A stretch of DNA of 62,629 nucleotides, counting the filler, from Diploschistes diacapsis (taxonomy: Eukaryota), in NCBI GenBank assembly GCA_023645945.1. It is 5 parts of 5 records of this genome, joined end to end, with 100 filler letters (N's around TTAATTAATTAA, not from the genome) between each part and the next. Parts side by side here need not be neighbours in the genome. Positions count along the whole stretch, not along the records: positions 1 to 12,449 come from JALAIB010000739.1; positions 12,550 to 24,997 come from JALAIB010000740.1; 3 more parts are not named here. The stretch is one strand, 5' to 3'. The first letter of the stretch is position 1. Each line of letters begins with the position of its first letter. This document shows positions 11,012-23,018 of this stretch, piece after piece. A program made the position numbers and the translations under genes. The notes beneath the pieces were generated by a model. It saw only the letters and a program-made list of their open reading frames with translations, did not search any database and was not told where the DNA came from.

Positions 11012-12449
11012 ATGTCGGCGGTCATGTCATCTCTTCCATTCATGAGAGCCGATCCTGCAGACCTACCTCCTGGGATTGATCCTTTCACCATCACCACGAA
11101 GACGGGTTTCTTGCCACTTCAACCTCCACTACCGCGGCTGCCCGGAGCCTTCGATGCGCTGAGCAACATCCTGGACGACATGCCCATTCTTAAGAAGGAT
11201 GGCACTCCGGGACTACTCGCAAGCTTCAAGCTCGGGCCATTGATCGACTCGGGTGCCCTTCCAGATCTTACCTCGCAGATCGATAAGCTCGTTGTTCCTG
11301 GAGGTACCTACCTGGACATGAAAGCAGTTACTGCAGCATTTCGCGACTATAGCTTTGTGGCATCAGGCTATCTTCTCGAACCGTGCTGGAAGGCGTGGAG
11401 CGCCAATCCAGCCGGTGGATATGGTCTTGGACGACAAACACTTCCAAAGTGTATTGCAGGGCCGTTGGTAAAGTGTGCCGAGATGTAAGCAGTCGCAGAT
11501 CCTGTATAACAAGTGGAGAGCCTGACTCCAGGACGGACAGACTTGGTATACCAGCATTCATGTCTTATGCGGCGTCCTATGCCCTTTACAACTACTACCT
11601 TGCCGATCCTGCAAAGGGCCATGACGAGTACACCAACTTGCGCCTTATCCGTGCCTTTGAGCAAGGACTCGACCCAACTTCCTCCGAAGCTGGATTCATT
11701 CTGACCCACGTCCACATGGTCACCAAGACGGGATCCCTGATCGAGGGCGCAATCGATCTCCTTTTAATCATAGAAGGCACTAAGGAATCCGGATCCCAAG
11801 TCACAGAAGCCATCACCCCAGCCAAAGCAGCCATCGCCACCATCCTCGACGCAATGGCCGCCATCGAAGCGAACATGGAGAAGATGTGGCACAACTCCCT
11901 CCCAAAAGAATATATGACCTACCGCACCTTCATCTACGGCATCGCCTCCCAATCCATGTTCCCCTCCGGTGTGGTGTACGAAGGCCAGTACAACAACGTG
12001 CCCCAATTCTTCCGCGGCGAATCCGGCGCCAACGACGCCATCATCCCCTTGCTCGACCATCTCTGCGAAATCCCCATGCCGGCAAACCCACTGACCGACA
12101 TCCTCAAGGAGTTCAGAGAGTACCGGCCCAAACCCCACCGCGAGTTTTTGGCACTGGTCATGAACAAGGCCGCGCGGCTGGGCGTCCGCGACTTCATGAC
12201 TAACAGTGGTGATTTCCGTTTGGCGCTGATGTACCTGCGCGTGCTCGACCACGTGCGGAGTTTCCGCTGGCGCCACTGGATGTTTGCGCGCGAGTACATC
12301 ATCAAGCGGACGAAATACCCGGTTGCCACGGGCGGGAGTCCGATCATCACGTGGCTGCCTAACCAGTTGACGGCAGTCATGGATCTGATGGAGAGCGTGT
12401 GCAGGGGGTCTGGGCTGTGGGCGCTGCTGGAGGAGGGGGTGTGGAATGG
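11012..12449 (+). CDS. Indoleamine 2,3-dioxygenase family heme protein, gamma-type-like (3' truncated at contig end)
   Basis: Exons 11012-11484 and 11541-12449; intron GTAAGC..CTGAC..CAG; motifs GFLP, FRDYSFVASGYLLEP, SEAGFILTH, FRGESGAND, FREYRP, FRWRHW (proximal His), ATGGSPI. Confidence 0.9.
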
Positions 12450-12549
12450 NNNNNNNNNNNNNNNNNNNNNNNNNNNNNNNNNNNNNNNNNNNNTTAATTA
12501 ATTAANNNNNNNNNNNNNNNNNNNNNNNNNNNNNNNNNNNNNNNNNNNN
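12450..12549. other. Artificial contig linker
   Basis: 44 N + TTAATTAATTAA (stops in all six frames) + 44 N. Confidence 0.98.
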
Positions 12550-13559
12550 GTCCCAACCCCCTGGCACCCCCAACTCCACCTCCGATCCCGCAACATCCAT
12601 CTCCCTGCCGAGAAACCGGCACGCGGCCTGCCACTGACACAGGTCGCTGCTGCGGTGAAACGGTAGCGCGCTTTTGACGAGACGGATGGGATGGATGTGT
12701 TTCCGGGTCGGGGGGGGCCGCAGGTCCGATAGGAAGGGGATTATGGACTCGATGGAGGCGGAGAAGTCGAATGCGGGGGCGGAGTAGAGGAGTGGGGAGT
12801 ATGAAGATGGACGGCAAGAACCTGTCCAGATCTTGCGAGTTCAAAAAGATAAACTAAAAGTGCCGAGTAAGGAGATGTGGTTGATACGCAGAACCTTCAC
12901 CAGGTTGTACCTCATAGTACATACTCAAATCATGAAGGTCGCTCTCTACCTTTCTAAGAATTCTTCTTCCATGAGCACATTCCTAAAAAGGGCCAGTCAA
13001 TCTCCACTTCCATGAACAATATCGCCATTGCTGCCAAAGATAACGCTAGCGTCTGAACTAGTCCCGAGCTCTGTCCGAGGTTGGTACATGGGCTTTGCCC
13101 AATTCGGGGTGGTCTTTCATCGCTTGGAGTGACCAAGATCTCCAACATCACCACTCGAGCTTCCTTCCCAAAGCCATTGAACGCCAAGGTCTCAAGTTGG
13201 TAAGAAGTCTGGTCCCAATTTTGGAGCGTCATTGTTCCATCAGGACAAAGAATCAAGACGTCACAGGAGGTTGTCCGGGATGAATTATTAGCCACTTTTG
13301 AGTCGCTGAATATTGGCTTCATAGTGTGTAGTCTACAACTGAAGCTTCAGTCTAGCGGGTCTCCGTTTCGTTGAATTGTGCATTTCGGATCTCATCATCG
13401 TTTCTCTTAGCATTGCATCAATTGACCAGCTTTGGCTTGCTTTCACTCTGTATACTTTTCGATTTGCAAGTAGCGTTCTGTTTTTTTTCCGTGCAAAATT
13501 ATCTCGTAGCCGACTTGGTTTTCTTCACAAGACGTATCTCCTTCCAACAATCCCTCAAG

Positions 13560-14687
13560 ATGCCTACGAAAGACAATTACACGGATCCTGAGCTGCACGA
13601 CCAGGTGAAGGAAGAGGTCCAGGAAGGCGACAAGGTTGGCGCGCCTGGTCAATGGTTCTGCCCGCAAGGCGCAATTCACGGCGCAAGAATACACGAAGCG
13701 TGGTGGCGGTTACACCACTGACAAGGAGTCGGGACAGGATGAGTCGCAAAAGGAAGGGCTTCTGATCGTATCTCACCCTGTAAACTATGATGGGTTCTTG
13801 GCCAGCACTGATCTTATGTCCTCTATATATAATCTAAGTAAATGGTCTGAAGAGGACTGGCAAACGAAAGAGGGCTCTGGTGATGCCAAGCAGTCCGATG
13901 GTAGTCGTAAGCGATATCTGCCTAAGAAGGCATGTGAGCAGATGGACGACAAGGAGCAAGGAAGGCAAACAGTTTATCGGAATCACTGAAGAGGCTAAGC
14001 AAACAAGAAAGAATGCCAATGACGACGAGAGCGAGAAGATGGAGGAGAAGAAGGCAGAGCAAACCGAGGAGAAGAGCAACAACGGAACAACCAATGGTAC
14101 ACGCAAGGGACGAAAGGCGAAACACTGCATGGATGACATTGAGGAAACTACGGCAGCCGGCGACAAAGAGGAAGACGTCGTCGACGACGAAGCCGAGGCC
14201 GACGAAGAAAACTCCGAAGACGACAGCGAAGTATCCTATTTCGGTGACGAGAACGACACCGAATTCGCCGACGTAGGGGATAACGAACCGAAGACCATCC
14301 CAACCCCTCCCACGCGGCAAAAAGCGCAAAAATACCTCCACCACCCAATTCTCTACCTCCAACAAGAAATCAAAATCCACCTCCCATTCCAGCAAAGCTC
14401 AAAGCAACGGCACCGGCGCCGTCGGCTCTGAACACGACTCCTCCGCGGCGCCCGAGGGCACCTCTGCCGGCTCCGCGCAGCACCTGCCGAAGGTGGGGCA
14501 CAAGGTAAGCTGGAAGTTCCTGCCGGGGTGGGTGTATGGCAAGGTGATTGAGATTGCGACGGAGGACAAAGAGGTGCAGGGGAGGAGGATCAAGTGGAGT
14601 GAGGGCGACCGGAGAGTGGCGCTGGAGGCTGAGAGCGGGAAGGTGGCGGGGCATAGGCCGGAGGCTTGTTACTTTGCGGATGAGTGA
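13560..14687 (+). pseudogene. DUF5872-like + acidic linker + Hva1-Tudor-like (DUF2945) protein, disrupted
   Basis: YTDPELHDQVKEEVQEGDK..PGQW / SARKAQ..EY.KRGGGY / SKWSEEDWQTKEG..RYLPKKA / GKQF and C-terminal LPKVGHKVSWKFLPGWVYGKV..SGKVAGHRPEA lie in different frames; frameshifts near 13656, 13955 and 14300; 78-nt insert 13753-13830 looks like an intron that lost its GT and AG. Confidence 0.75.
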
Positions 14688-14960
14688 GTGAGGGATGAAG
14701 GAAGGGTGGTAATGGGGTTGTGGGGGGTTTGATTTGTCTCGATTTTCTTTTGGGAGTTTTGGGGCCGAGGAAGATGGTTAGGGGGCCACACACACGGCAG
14801 CAGCCTTAGAAGCATAGTTTTTGAGGCATAGTCTTAGCTGCCTGAACGGCCGCACATTGCAGGAAGATGGGGAGCAAGGGCATAGTATGTACTTCTTACA
14901 CAACTAAATCTGCCTAGGAAAGAGAACAAATTTTACTATCCTATACATCCCGCTTCACTG

Positions 14961-16530
14961 TCACGCTTTCCACCGCGCCCTCATTCTGCCTCGTGGTCCC
15001 ATTGATCCCAAACCCCCCCAAAAATCTCGATATTCGATCACGTGACCTGCGCATTCGGATACTCCTGCTGCAACACCGGCCGCGTTGCCAGAGGCGGGCG
15101 AGAACGGCCCGCGCGCCGCCCCGGGCGCGGAGGCGTTGGTGGCGTGGATGCTCTCGAGCCAGACCCATGCCGTTGGTTGCGTCGTCCCACTAGATGGAAG
15201 GGGGAGGTAGAGGTTAGCGAGTAGCTTGTTTGTGGATGGCTCGATAATGAGTGGAGGGAAGAGGGAGAGGGAGAGGGGAATATGGGGCCAAACACCAAGC
15301 AAAGAAAGGGAAGGGGGAGATCGGAGACTCACGATAGAAAGCACCAACACCATGCCATTCCTAACAGGCTTGGTAAACTGCCTCATCCGGCCCTCCTCCG
15401 CAAACGTGCTGGGCGTGGTACGAAAAACCTCATTCTACGCCGTACAGTACCGGTCGCTGATGGCATTGTACGGCGCCAGCCCCCTTCACCTTGGGACCTC
15501 GGATTCGCAAACGCCTTCCTGCCCTGCTTGTAGTAGCGCTTGATCTCCGTCAGCTGGCCTGTCGCCGGGTCATCGCTCGTGACGAACTGCGTCACCACGG
15601 TAAATGGCAGCAGCGTGTTGATCGTGTAGTTCGCCCCCATGCCGTAGAAGCCCGGGTTACCCTGCCGGAAGGGGTCGTACTCGCAGCCGGGCTGGTCGCA
15701 CACGCCGCTGGCCCCGCACGCTGCACCCTGGCAGAGGTAGGGGGTGGAGGTGTTGCAGTTGCACGGGTGCGGCGTCAGCTGGGTCGTCGCATGGTTGGCC
15801 TCCCACAGGTCCATCTCGTTGCAGTAGTTGCTGTAGCCCTGAAAATTGGCCTCGGTGGTGCCGATGGCCCTACCACGAACGGCGTCACGGCACTACGTGT
15901 CGAAGTATTGTAGAAACCGCCAGGCTAAAAGAAACGCGCATTCTAGACTAGCGGTATCTGGATTATAAACCAACAAGTAGCCCTTGCCCGTAGCGTGCAC
16001 CGGCAGGGTTGGTCTACGGCGTTGTAGCCGCCGTCGGCGGGCATTTTGGAGAAATACAGGGCGCCGTTGATGCCGCAGAGGACTTGGGTGAGGTCGACGT
16101 TGTAGGTGATTTCCCGATTGAGGGGTGTGAAGACGTCGCATGTCATGTCGTTGGCGAGCAGGTACGCATGGGGTGAAGCTAGACTGGTGCCGTTGTTGGT
16201 GTACAGATTCAGCGTGATGGCAGAGCCGTGGACGTTGATGCCGTAGCTCGAGTAGTCGGGGCTCTCAACGGTGCAGTTCTCGGCGCACGTCCCGCCGTCG
16301 AGGCAGAGTGTCCAGGTCCATCCGCCGTTGACTTGGCAGTTGTCATGGCCGTTTTTGTCGTGCAGCTAGCGGTACTGGGAATCGAGAACGACGAACGAGT
16401 TGACAGTCTTGCAGCTGCCGGATTTGGTGCACTTCTGTGAGAGGAGAGAAGGGTGCACCTCGGGGGTGTTGGTGCCGATCTGTTGGACAGCAGCCGAAGC
16501 GGCGAAAAGAGCGACAAGGAGGGAAGCCGT
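14961..16530 (-). pseudogene. Glycoside hydrolase family 7 (cellulase) pseudogene
   Basis: QQIGTNTPEVHP, CAENC, LCGINGALYFSKMPADGG, catalytic CNEMDLWEAN, FTVVTQF, GMVLVLSI, APGAARGP; probable start ATG>ACG at 16530; in-frame TAG at 16368-16366 and TGA at 15040-15038 at Trp-like positions; several frameshifts. Confidence 0.9.
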
Positions 16531-17181
16531 TTTGGATAGTTAAGAGAGTGTCTTGGGGTGATAAACCGGATGACAGCGGAAAACATTATATAGAGTGAGA
16601 CTCGCCTTGCAAAGGTCAAATGCATTTTCCAGCTTCCATCATGGCTGAAACTCCTCTACCTTTAACTTCTGGAATATCCATAGGCCTGCAAAGCCGCAGA
16701 TCTCAGGTCGAGAAGCAATATGTCTGGGCCTCGCATCTTGGACTGCAGTGTTAGCTCTGTGCCTTGCACGACATCTGGCATGAGAAAACGGCAAAACGGT
16801 TTGTATTTTGCCATCCCAGCTAAAAACGCGTATAGTCACCGAGGCTCATCTCAAGATCATCAAGCCGAGTTTTCTTGCTCTGGGAGGTTCGCAGTAATTC
16901 ATGTCGGAGGTGGACTTCGTTGTTAAAGAAAAGGAATGGCTAGACGCTCTTGTATACCCTGACCATTACTGAAAGCATGGCTTGATAAACCGTGCCTCTC
17001 GCCCATAACCATCCAGCCATAAATTCAATCCTTTAATCGTATATCCAACGTGACAGAACCCGTCCAATCTGGACATAATAGCAGCCCCCTTTCCGTTCTG
17101 TTTAACCTCGAGAAGCTCAGAACGCCCACCCATACACCCATGTTGAGACACACTCGCCTTAAGTTCAAAATACAACAGTGG

Positions 17182-20100
17182 TCACTGTATAGCATTTCGC
17201 AGAACTTCATCGGCTTCCATGCCTAACACCGCGCCATCATCCTCAACAACCCCTGGCTGAAAGACCCAATTCGCGGAATTCAAGCCTGCTTCCACTCTAC
17301 TGCAATCATCAGGATGGCCAAAGATACCGGCTCCAAAGCCAAAAGTGCTTGCAATAAACCTGACAATGATTTGAAGTACGAACCAAGCTGGCTCGATGAT
17401 GACACCAAGGCCGTAGCGCCAGATAAGCTTAACCAGGATAAATGGCGGACGAGGTGCGTCATAGTCAACGCCAAAGCCAGTCATTCTTGTAGCGTAGAAT
17501 GGTGGGGAGTAGATATGCCTAGCACATAGTAAGCGCTTGTTCTAAGGTAAGAGGTACGAAGCAAGTGGGGAGAACTTACGATAGAACTAGTTCGGCCATA
17601 ACAGGCACAAGCACGAGCGCAGCCCACAGTCCCAATCGCGTCAATCTTGGTATCATGCCGTCGTCCGGCCAAGACCATAGGCGAGGAATCAGGACTTGTA
17701 CAGGCCGCCATTGCCACTCGAATATTGAACCCTCTTCGTAATCGTAGGCGCTGCTTCTACTAGCACGACCACACTTTTCGCAGGGCCAGATGAAGTCATG
17801 AAATTCGCCGGCTTCGTTGCACTCTGATTCGAAGCCGGACTGCGAGGCTGACCTCGAAGGCCCACGATCTTTATCGCCTCTAGTGGACTTGCGCAGACGC
17901 TTCTCAAGCGTTCCTAGGCCCTGCCTGGCATCGAAGATAGAGGATTGAAGGTGGGAAAGACGGGAGGTAAGAAGGTTATAGTCTTCGGAGTCCATCTCGC
18001 TATCCCCTTGCCGCTGGAGCTTGGGAGATCTTAACATGGGCGACTTCTTGCGTGGCTTCCGCGATTTGACCTGCGGTGAAGGCTCTGGAGGAGTAGGTGG
18101 CGATGAAGAGGGCATTTCGCCTTCTGAGCTAGCCAGAAGCTCTTCTAGTGACTCGATTGTAGACTCATCTAGTTGAAGAGTGTCGTCATTACTACTCTCT
18201 GCTCCAGCCTTCTTTTTCTCCCTAGCCCTATTTATGATTGCTGTAAGGGCAGACTTTGGCAATTTGGGAGCGGTATCCTCTAAAGTGGGTCTGTATTGGT
18301 TGCGCTCTGCTGCTGGAAGTGACACATCTGCTGTGCTAGAGCTTTTGAGTGATTCAGGGTTTGGATCTTGACTTCCATGTGTCGACAAGTGCGGCGACTC
18401 AGGCCTTCGATGCCGATCACCCACAGGCGCGGGTGTATCAATCCAAGCTCCAGTTACCAAAGGCGTCTTGAGGTAAGTCTCGACTTTAGTGTTTTGTGGA
18501 GTGCTTTCGACACCCTCTTCTTCTTCTCCTCGCTCCCCAGGCGGTTCCTCTATCGATTCCTGTGATTCTTGCTTCCGCAGCTCGGTGTCACTCGAGGTAA
18601 CCACCTCTGAGTCCGATGCTTTGTTGGTAGCCACTATAGGAGATCCAGATCCTGTTGCTGAGTCTGGACTTGCTACTCTTGCTAACTTTCTCAGCAGATC
18701 CCTTGAATCATTTCTTTTGGCGTGAGGCCTCGCAAACTCCATCTTCATGTCTTTGCTTGAATCTTCTCCTGTGGGCGTGGTAGATTTACTGCTGAAAACT
18801 ACGACCGGCGAATCTGGAATAGGAACGCCTTCGTCGTGGTTTGCTTGACGTTGTTTGGCGAGTGTGTCAGATCTGGCTCGCTCCAGCTCTGCGGCCTTGT
18901 CTGCCGAAGTATCCTCCTTTACTGTAGGAATTCCATCGTCTAGTTCATGACTTGGAGTTTCCGCACTAATGCTTGCCGAACGCCGCCCGACCCGCTCCAA
19001 CGATCTTTTCTCCTTGAGCTCCCCTAACCTATTCGTAGTCAATGCGCTCTTGTTTAGTTTTTGGATTTCATTGGCGCGAAGCATATCTGCCGTGGAATTT
19101 CGTGTTCGTGCCTTTGCCTTGTCTATAGAAGGACGGTACCGCAGAATATCAGATCCGTCCTGCCCCCACTGGCGCATACGGTCTTGTGACGACACTGATT
19201 GAATGCACGGCTCTTCGATTACTTCGATATGTGAGCCAGGTTGTAGTTCTGGGGGTGGTATAGATTGAAGGGAGTCACTTGCACCGAGTGGTGGTAGAGG
19301 TGTTGAAGCTGCTTCAGCTTGCCAATCTTCTATAGCCTTCATTTTCTGTTCGTCTTCCTGAGATGTGCCTTGCACCAAGGCTTGTTCAGAGTCTGCTTCC
19401 AGTTTTTCACCCTTCTTTTCACCATTCATTCGCTTCAGCCAAGTCCTGTTATGTCGTCCTTTACGCCCCCAGCCTTGCGGGATGTTTAACGCCGGCTCTG
19501 ATAGCATACTACCGGTCGCACTCGAGCCGAAAGAGCTGCTTCCAGACTGCGAGCTAGCATCGTCACGCCGTAAGCCTTCCACGGTAAAACCAGACCTCCG
19601 CTTCGCTTTTCGAAATGGTTGAGCGGAAGCTCCAAGAAAAGCATCCACTCGCTGCTGATCCTGCTCCTTGCGTGAAGGCGAGGCATTTTCGGGTTTCCTT
19701 TCTTCGACGAGATCTTCTGAAAGGTTTGAGAGTCCTGAGTTTCGAGTGTTGTCATCTGCTGCAGCCGCAGCATGACTTGGCGAATATTGAACACCCGCCA
19801 TTGACGGCTCTTTTAGAGTGCTTCGGCGAGCTGAATAGGATGGCGAATGTTGCGCGCGGAGATACTGCTCATTGATGTCCTGCGAAATAACCGATTCTTC
19901 GATGTCTTCCAGTTCCCTATCACTGCCTTCTTGCGCAGCAAGATCTTCTTCGTCCTCAATGCGCTGATAGGCTTCCGCGAGACCTCTTGGTGGAGACGAG
20001 GCATCTGAGGTCGGCGATACAAGGTGCTCCAAACCTCTTCCGCGAGGTGAACTAGGCGTACGCGTAGCATTGAGGCTGGGTAAGACCCTAGGTGAGGGGC

Positions 20101-20479
20101 TCGGGGAGGCTTCGAAAGCTCTACGGGAAGGATGCTGTATGTTCTTGTGGTTGGGTTTGCTCGCTATGTTGTTCCGCGCATTCTTCTGGCTTCCGTCTTT
20201 CCTCTCCTCGATAGCCTTCAGAGCCGCGCTGAAACCTTTGTTGTGTCCACGCGCGTTTCGCGGTTTCGACCGCGTCGGACTCCTGTTTTCGCTCTTCGCT
20301 GGACTTGGAGTTGGGATCCCTGTTGTATTCAGACTCTCTGTCGTGAACTCCTGCTGATGTTGAGGCCGGCGCCTAGAGGTGAACAAAGGTTTGTCTCGGT
20401 TTGCGATAGAGGTGCGGCCACCGTTCGCGGGTTTTGATTTGACCGGAGAGCCTTCAGAATTAGTGGGAGCAGGCATCAT
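17182..20479 (-). CDS. Uncharacterised ~1080-aa Ser/Pro/charged low-complexity protein with C-terminal hydrophobic segments
   Basis: 967-codon ORF spliced (intron 17579-17519, GTAAGT..TAG) in frame to exon 17518-17182 (HIYSPPFYATRMTGFGVDYDAPRPPF..); coiled-coil-like LSHLQSSIFDARQGLGTLE, a CxxC and a TM-like stretch near the end. Confidence 0.8.
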
Positions 20480-20769
20480 GACGACTTCGTTTGAAGAAGG
20501 TTATAGTAGAAGCATCGTGCAAGTGCAGATGCATGATAGGATGCCATGACCTGTGCCGTGACGGTGTGGGGTGGGTTTGTTTTGACGTGGAGTAGTGGAG
20601 ATCGATCCTCGGGACGATCTTCTCTTATCGGTTTTTTGGTTGAGCTGAGGACCGAACCGTTGCGCAACTGACGTGCCTGCCTCCTAAGCAAGTTTTGAAT
20701 TTTTTGACATGAAAGACTCCCATGCGTTACAACGCTGAAAGTGCAATACACCGATCTATTCCTAACATC

Positions 20770-21828
20770 ATGGCTAAAAACACTAGCTCAAAGAGCAAAG
20801 TGAAGCCACGAACAAGCACAACGCCTGCAGACACAAAGGTCAAATTAAGCCCTCCATCACCATGGTCGACTCCTCCGCCGGCGCTCAGGCCCTTCCTGGA
20901 GTCTCTGAACCCAAAGCACGTCTACATCACCCACATAGACCAGCACCCCAAGGGCCACAAAAAGCGCGTCTTCGCCATGACAGCCGCCCTCAACGTCGCC
21001 ATAGCCACGCTGCTCGTCTGGCGCGCAACCGTCGCCTTGCCCTGGTACATATCCATCCTCTTCGCCATGTGGGGTCATGAAATAGAGACGGGTGCTTCTG
21101 CGCCTCAGATCGGCTCGAACACGTTCATAAACGAGACTGTGTCCCGCACGGGCAATTTTTTCTTTGACTTCATGCTGGCCAGGTTCCTCGTTCCCTGGCC
21201 GCTGGACTTCTTGGTGGGGTATTCCAGCCCAACAGCTTGGAGATTGGAAGTCGGGTTTCGGGATAAGGAGGTTGGGGTTAGGAAGTCGCGCAAGTGGGAC
21301 GAGCAGCTTGCAAAGGGATGGATAGCGGAAGATGCCAATGCGGCTATCTGCAAAGAGCGGATCATGCCTGCTATTGAACGGCAGTGGATTAGAGCGAAGA
21401 CTAGCTACCTTATGATGGACAAGAGCTGGGACCTGGACTTTGCTGCCATGATTCGAGCCCACAATCTACTCAAAACTGGAAGTAACAGGCTGCAAGACTT
21501 TGAGAAGACGGTCATTGTCTATTCCGAGGACTTTGGATGGCTTGTTTGGGAAGTGTGGAAGCTGGACGAGGGCGCGCAGGACGAGGGCAGGCCGAAGATT
21601 CTGACGTTCAAGGAAAAGCTTACTGAGATGGGCAAGGAGGATCTGTTCTATCGATGGGTCGAGATTGTACAGTTCGAGACGTCGCAACCAGGTGGGTTCA
21701 CGAAGGAGCGCCAGGCAAAGGCCATGCAGGAGGCTAGGGAGCTATTCGAGAAACAAGGTGTCGATTTCGATAAATTTTGGGAGAAGGTAGGGGGCAGCGA
21801 CGGAAGCGTTGAAAATGGAGGTGCCTAA
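20770..21828 (+). CDS. Uncharacterised fungal membrane protein
   Basis: Intact ORF (alternative ATG at 20722); hydrophobic helices ALNVAIATLLVW and FFFDFMLARFLVPWP; protein-like composition (YITHID, LFYRWVEIVQFE). Confidence 0.8.
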   Translation: MAKNTSSKSKVKPRTSTTPADTKVKLSPPSPWSTPPPALRPFLESLNPKHVYITHIDQHPKGHKKRVFAMTAALNVAIATLLVWRATVALPWYISILFAMWGHEIETGASAPQIGSNTFINETVSRTGNFFFDFMLARFLVPWPLDFLVGYSSPTAWRLEVGFRDKEVGVRKSRKWDEQLAKGWIAEDANAAICKERIMPAIERQWIRAKTSYLMMDKSWDLDFAAMIRAHNLLKTGSNRLQDFEKTVIVYSEDFGWLVWEVWKLDEGAQDEGRPKILTFKEKLTEMGKEDLFYRWVEIVQFETSQPGGFTKERQAKAMQEARELFEKQGVDFDKFWEKVGGSDGSVENGGA

Positions 21829-22137
21829 CGATGCTCTCACTTATGTATGAAATGAAACTCATTTTGACGCGAATTGATCGTTATTAATACATCTGACCCC
21901 ATTTACCATGAGCGCAGAAAATGCTCCGGAAGAACGAAGCTTGCAATCCGCTCTTCAGCCATAAATTCCACATAACCATCTAGCCCTAGCCCTAGCCCAT
22001 GTGATGTGAACAGGAATGCAAAGCCGGCGTGGAAGAAATCTTTTGCATGTTGTAGCAACCCACGCGATCGCAGACACCGCAACCCACAATGGAACTGTTT
22101 CCAACAAGCTCTCTCCCATGAAGCTCGAGCGTTGGAT

Positions 22138-23018
22138 TTACTTGCGGGTGCTCTTTCGGCTTCCCTGAGCCGCTGGCTTCGGTGCGGCTGCTGCCTTCTT
22201 TGGAGTTCCGCGCGACACCTTTGGGGGGCGACCTCTTCCCCTTGGCTTGCCATCGGGACCAAGCTTTTTCGGCTTCTCGGCTTTGGGTGCTGCTGCTGCA
22301 TCAGTTGCCTTGGGACGTCCACGGGGGCGGCCAGTGGAGGGTTTAGGTGCAGCCTTGACTTTGGGCGTGGAGGCGGTACTCTTCTTGCCAGCTGGACGAC
22401 CACGCTTCTTGGTTGCGGGCTTCTCTTCCGCGACATCGTCGTCCTCGTCGTGAGCGCGCTTCCTAGTATTCTTGGCGCTGCCATTGGTCTTGGGCTCTTC
22501 CTCGGCGTCTGAGACGGCTGACTGCTCCTCGACGTCGTCTTCCTCTTCCAAAGGCGCAGCCTTCTTAGCAGAACTCGTCTTCTTGGGAGTACCCTTGCCC
22601 TTGGGCGTTTTGGTCCTGAACTTGCTGTTCTTTTCTTCGATCTCGACTTCCGATTGCTTCTTTACGACATCGTTTCCCGAGCGAGTAATTTCGAGGGCAG
22701 GATCCTCGGGTTCGGCAGACTTGGTGATGGTGTTGCCACGCTTGGAAGTGACTGCCGCTTCGCCCTCGGTCTTCTTCTCCGAGACTTCGCCCGATGGTCC
22801 AGCGCCGCGCCAGTCCCACATCACTGCTCAAAGTGTTAGCGATTGTGGATGAGACACGCCAAACGCCTAAAGGAACGGTGGTCGAGAGACAGCAACATGG
22901 TGAGGGCTTTGCGTATCAACAATTGCTAGAAACGACTGCATGGCTGGACGCGACCATGCAAGATCAAAACGGACTTGCAATTACCTTTATCGCCTTTCTC
23001 AGGTGTTTCGCTCGGCAT
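22138..23018 (-). CDS. Hva1-Tudor-like (DUF2945) domain protein with Lys/Ala-rich AT-hook tail
   Basis: Exon 23018-22985 (MPSETPEKGDK), intron 22984-22824 (GTAATT..CTAAC..CAG), exon 22823-22138; GDKVMWDWRGAGPSGEV..SKRGNTITK..EDPALEITRSGNDVVKKQSE; motifs KKRGRP, GRPRGRPK, PRGRGRPPK. Confidence 0.8.

Noticed and set aside
12494..12505. TTAATTAATTAA as a piggyBac-type TTAA target or other biological motif
   Set aside because: Identical in all four gaps and centred between exactly 44 N on each side; it is a synthetic six-frame stop linker.
12550..13330. Possible gene or TE remnant including ORF 12954-13322
   Set aside because: No family motif recognisable in the frames I read; cannot be supported without a search.
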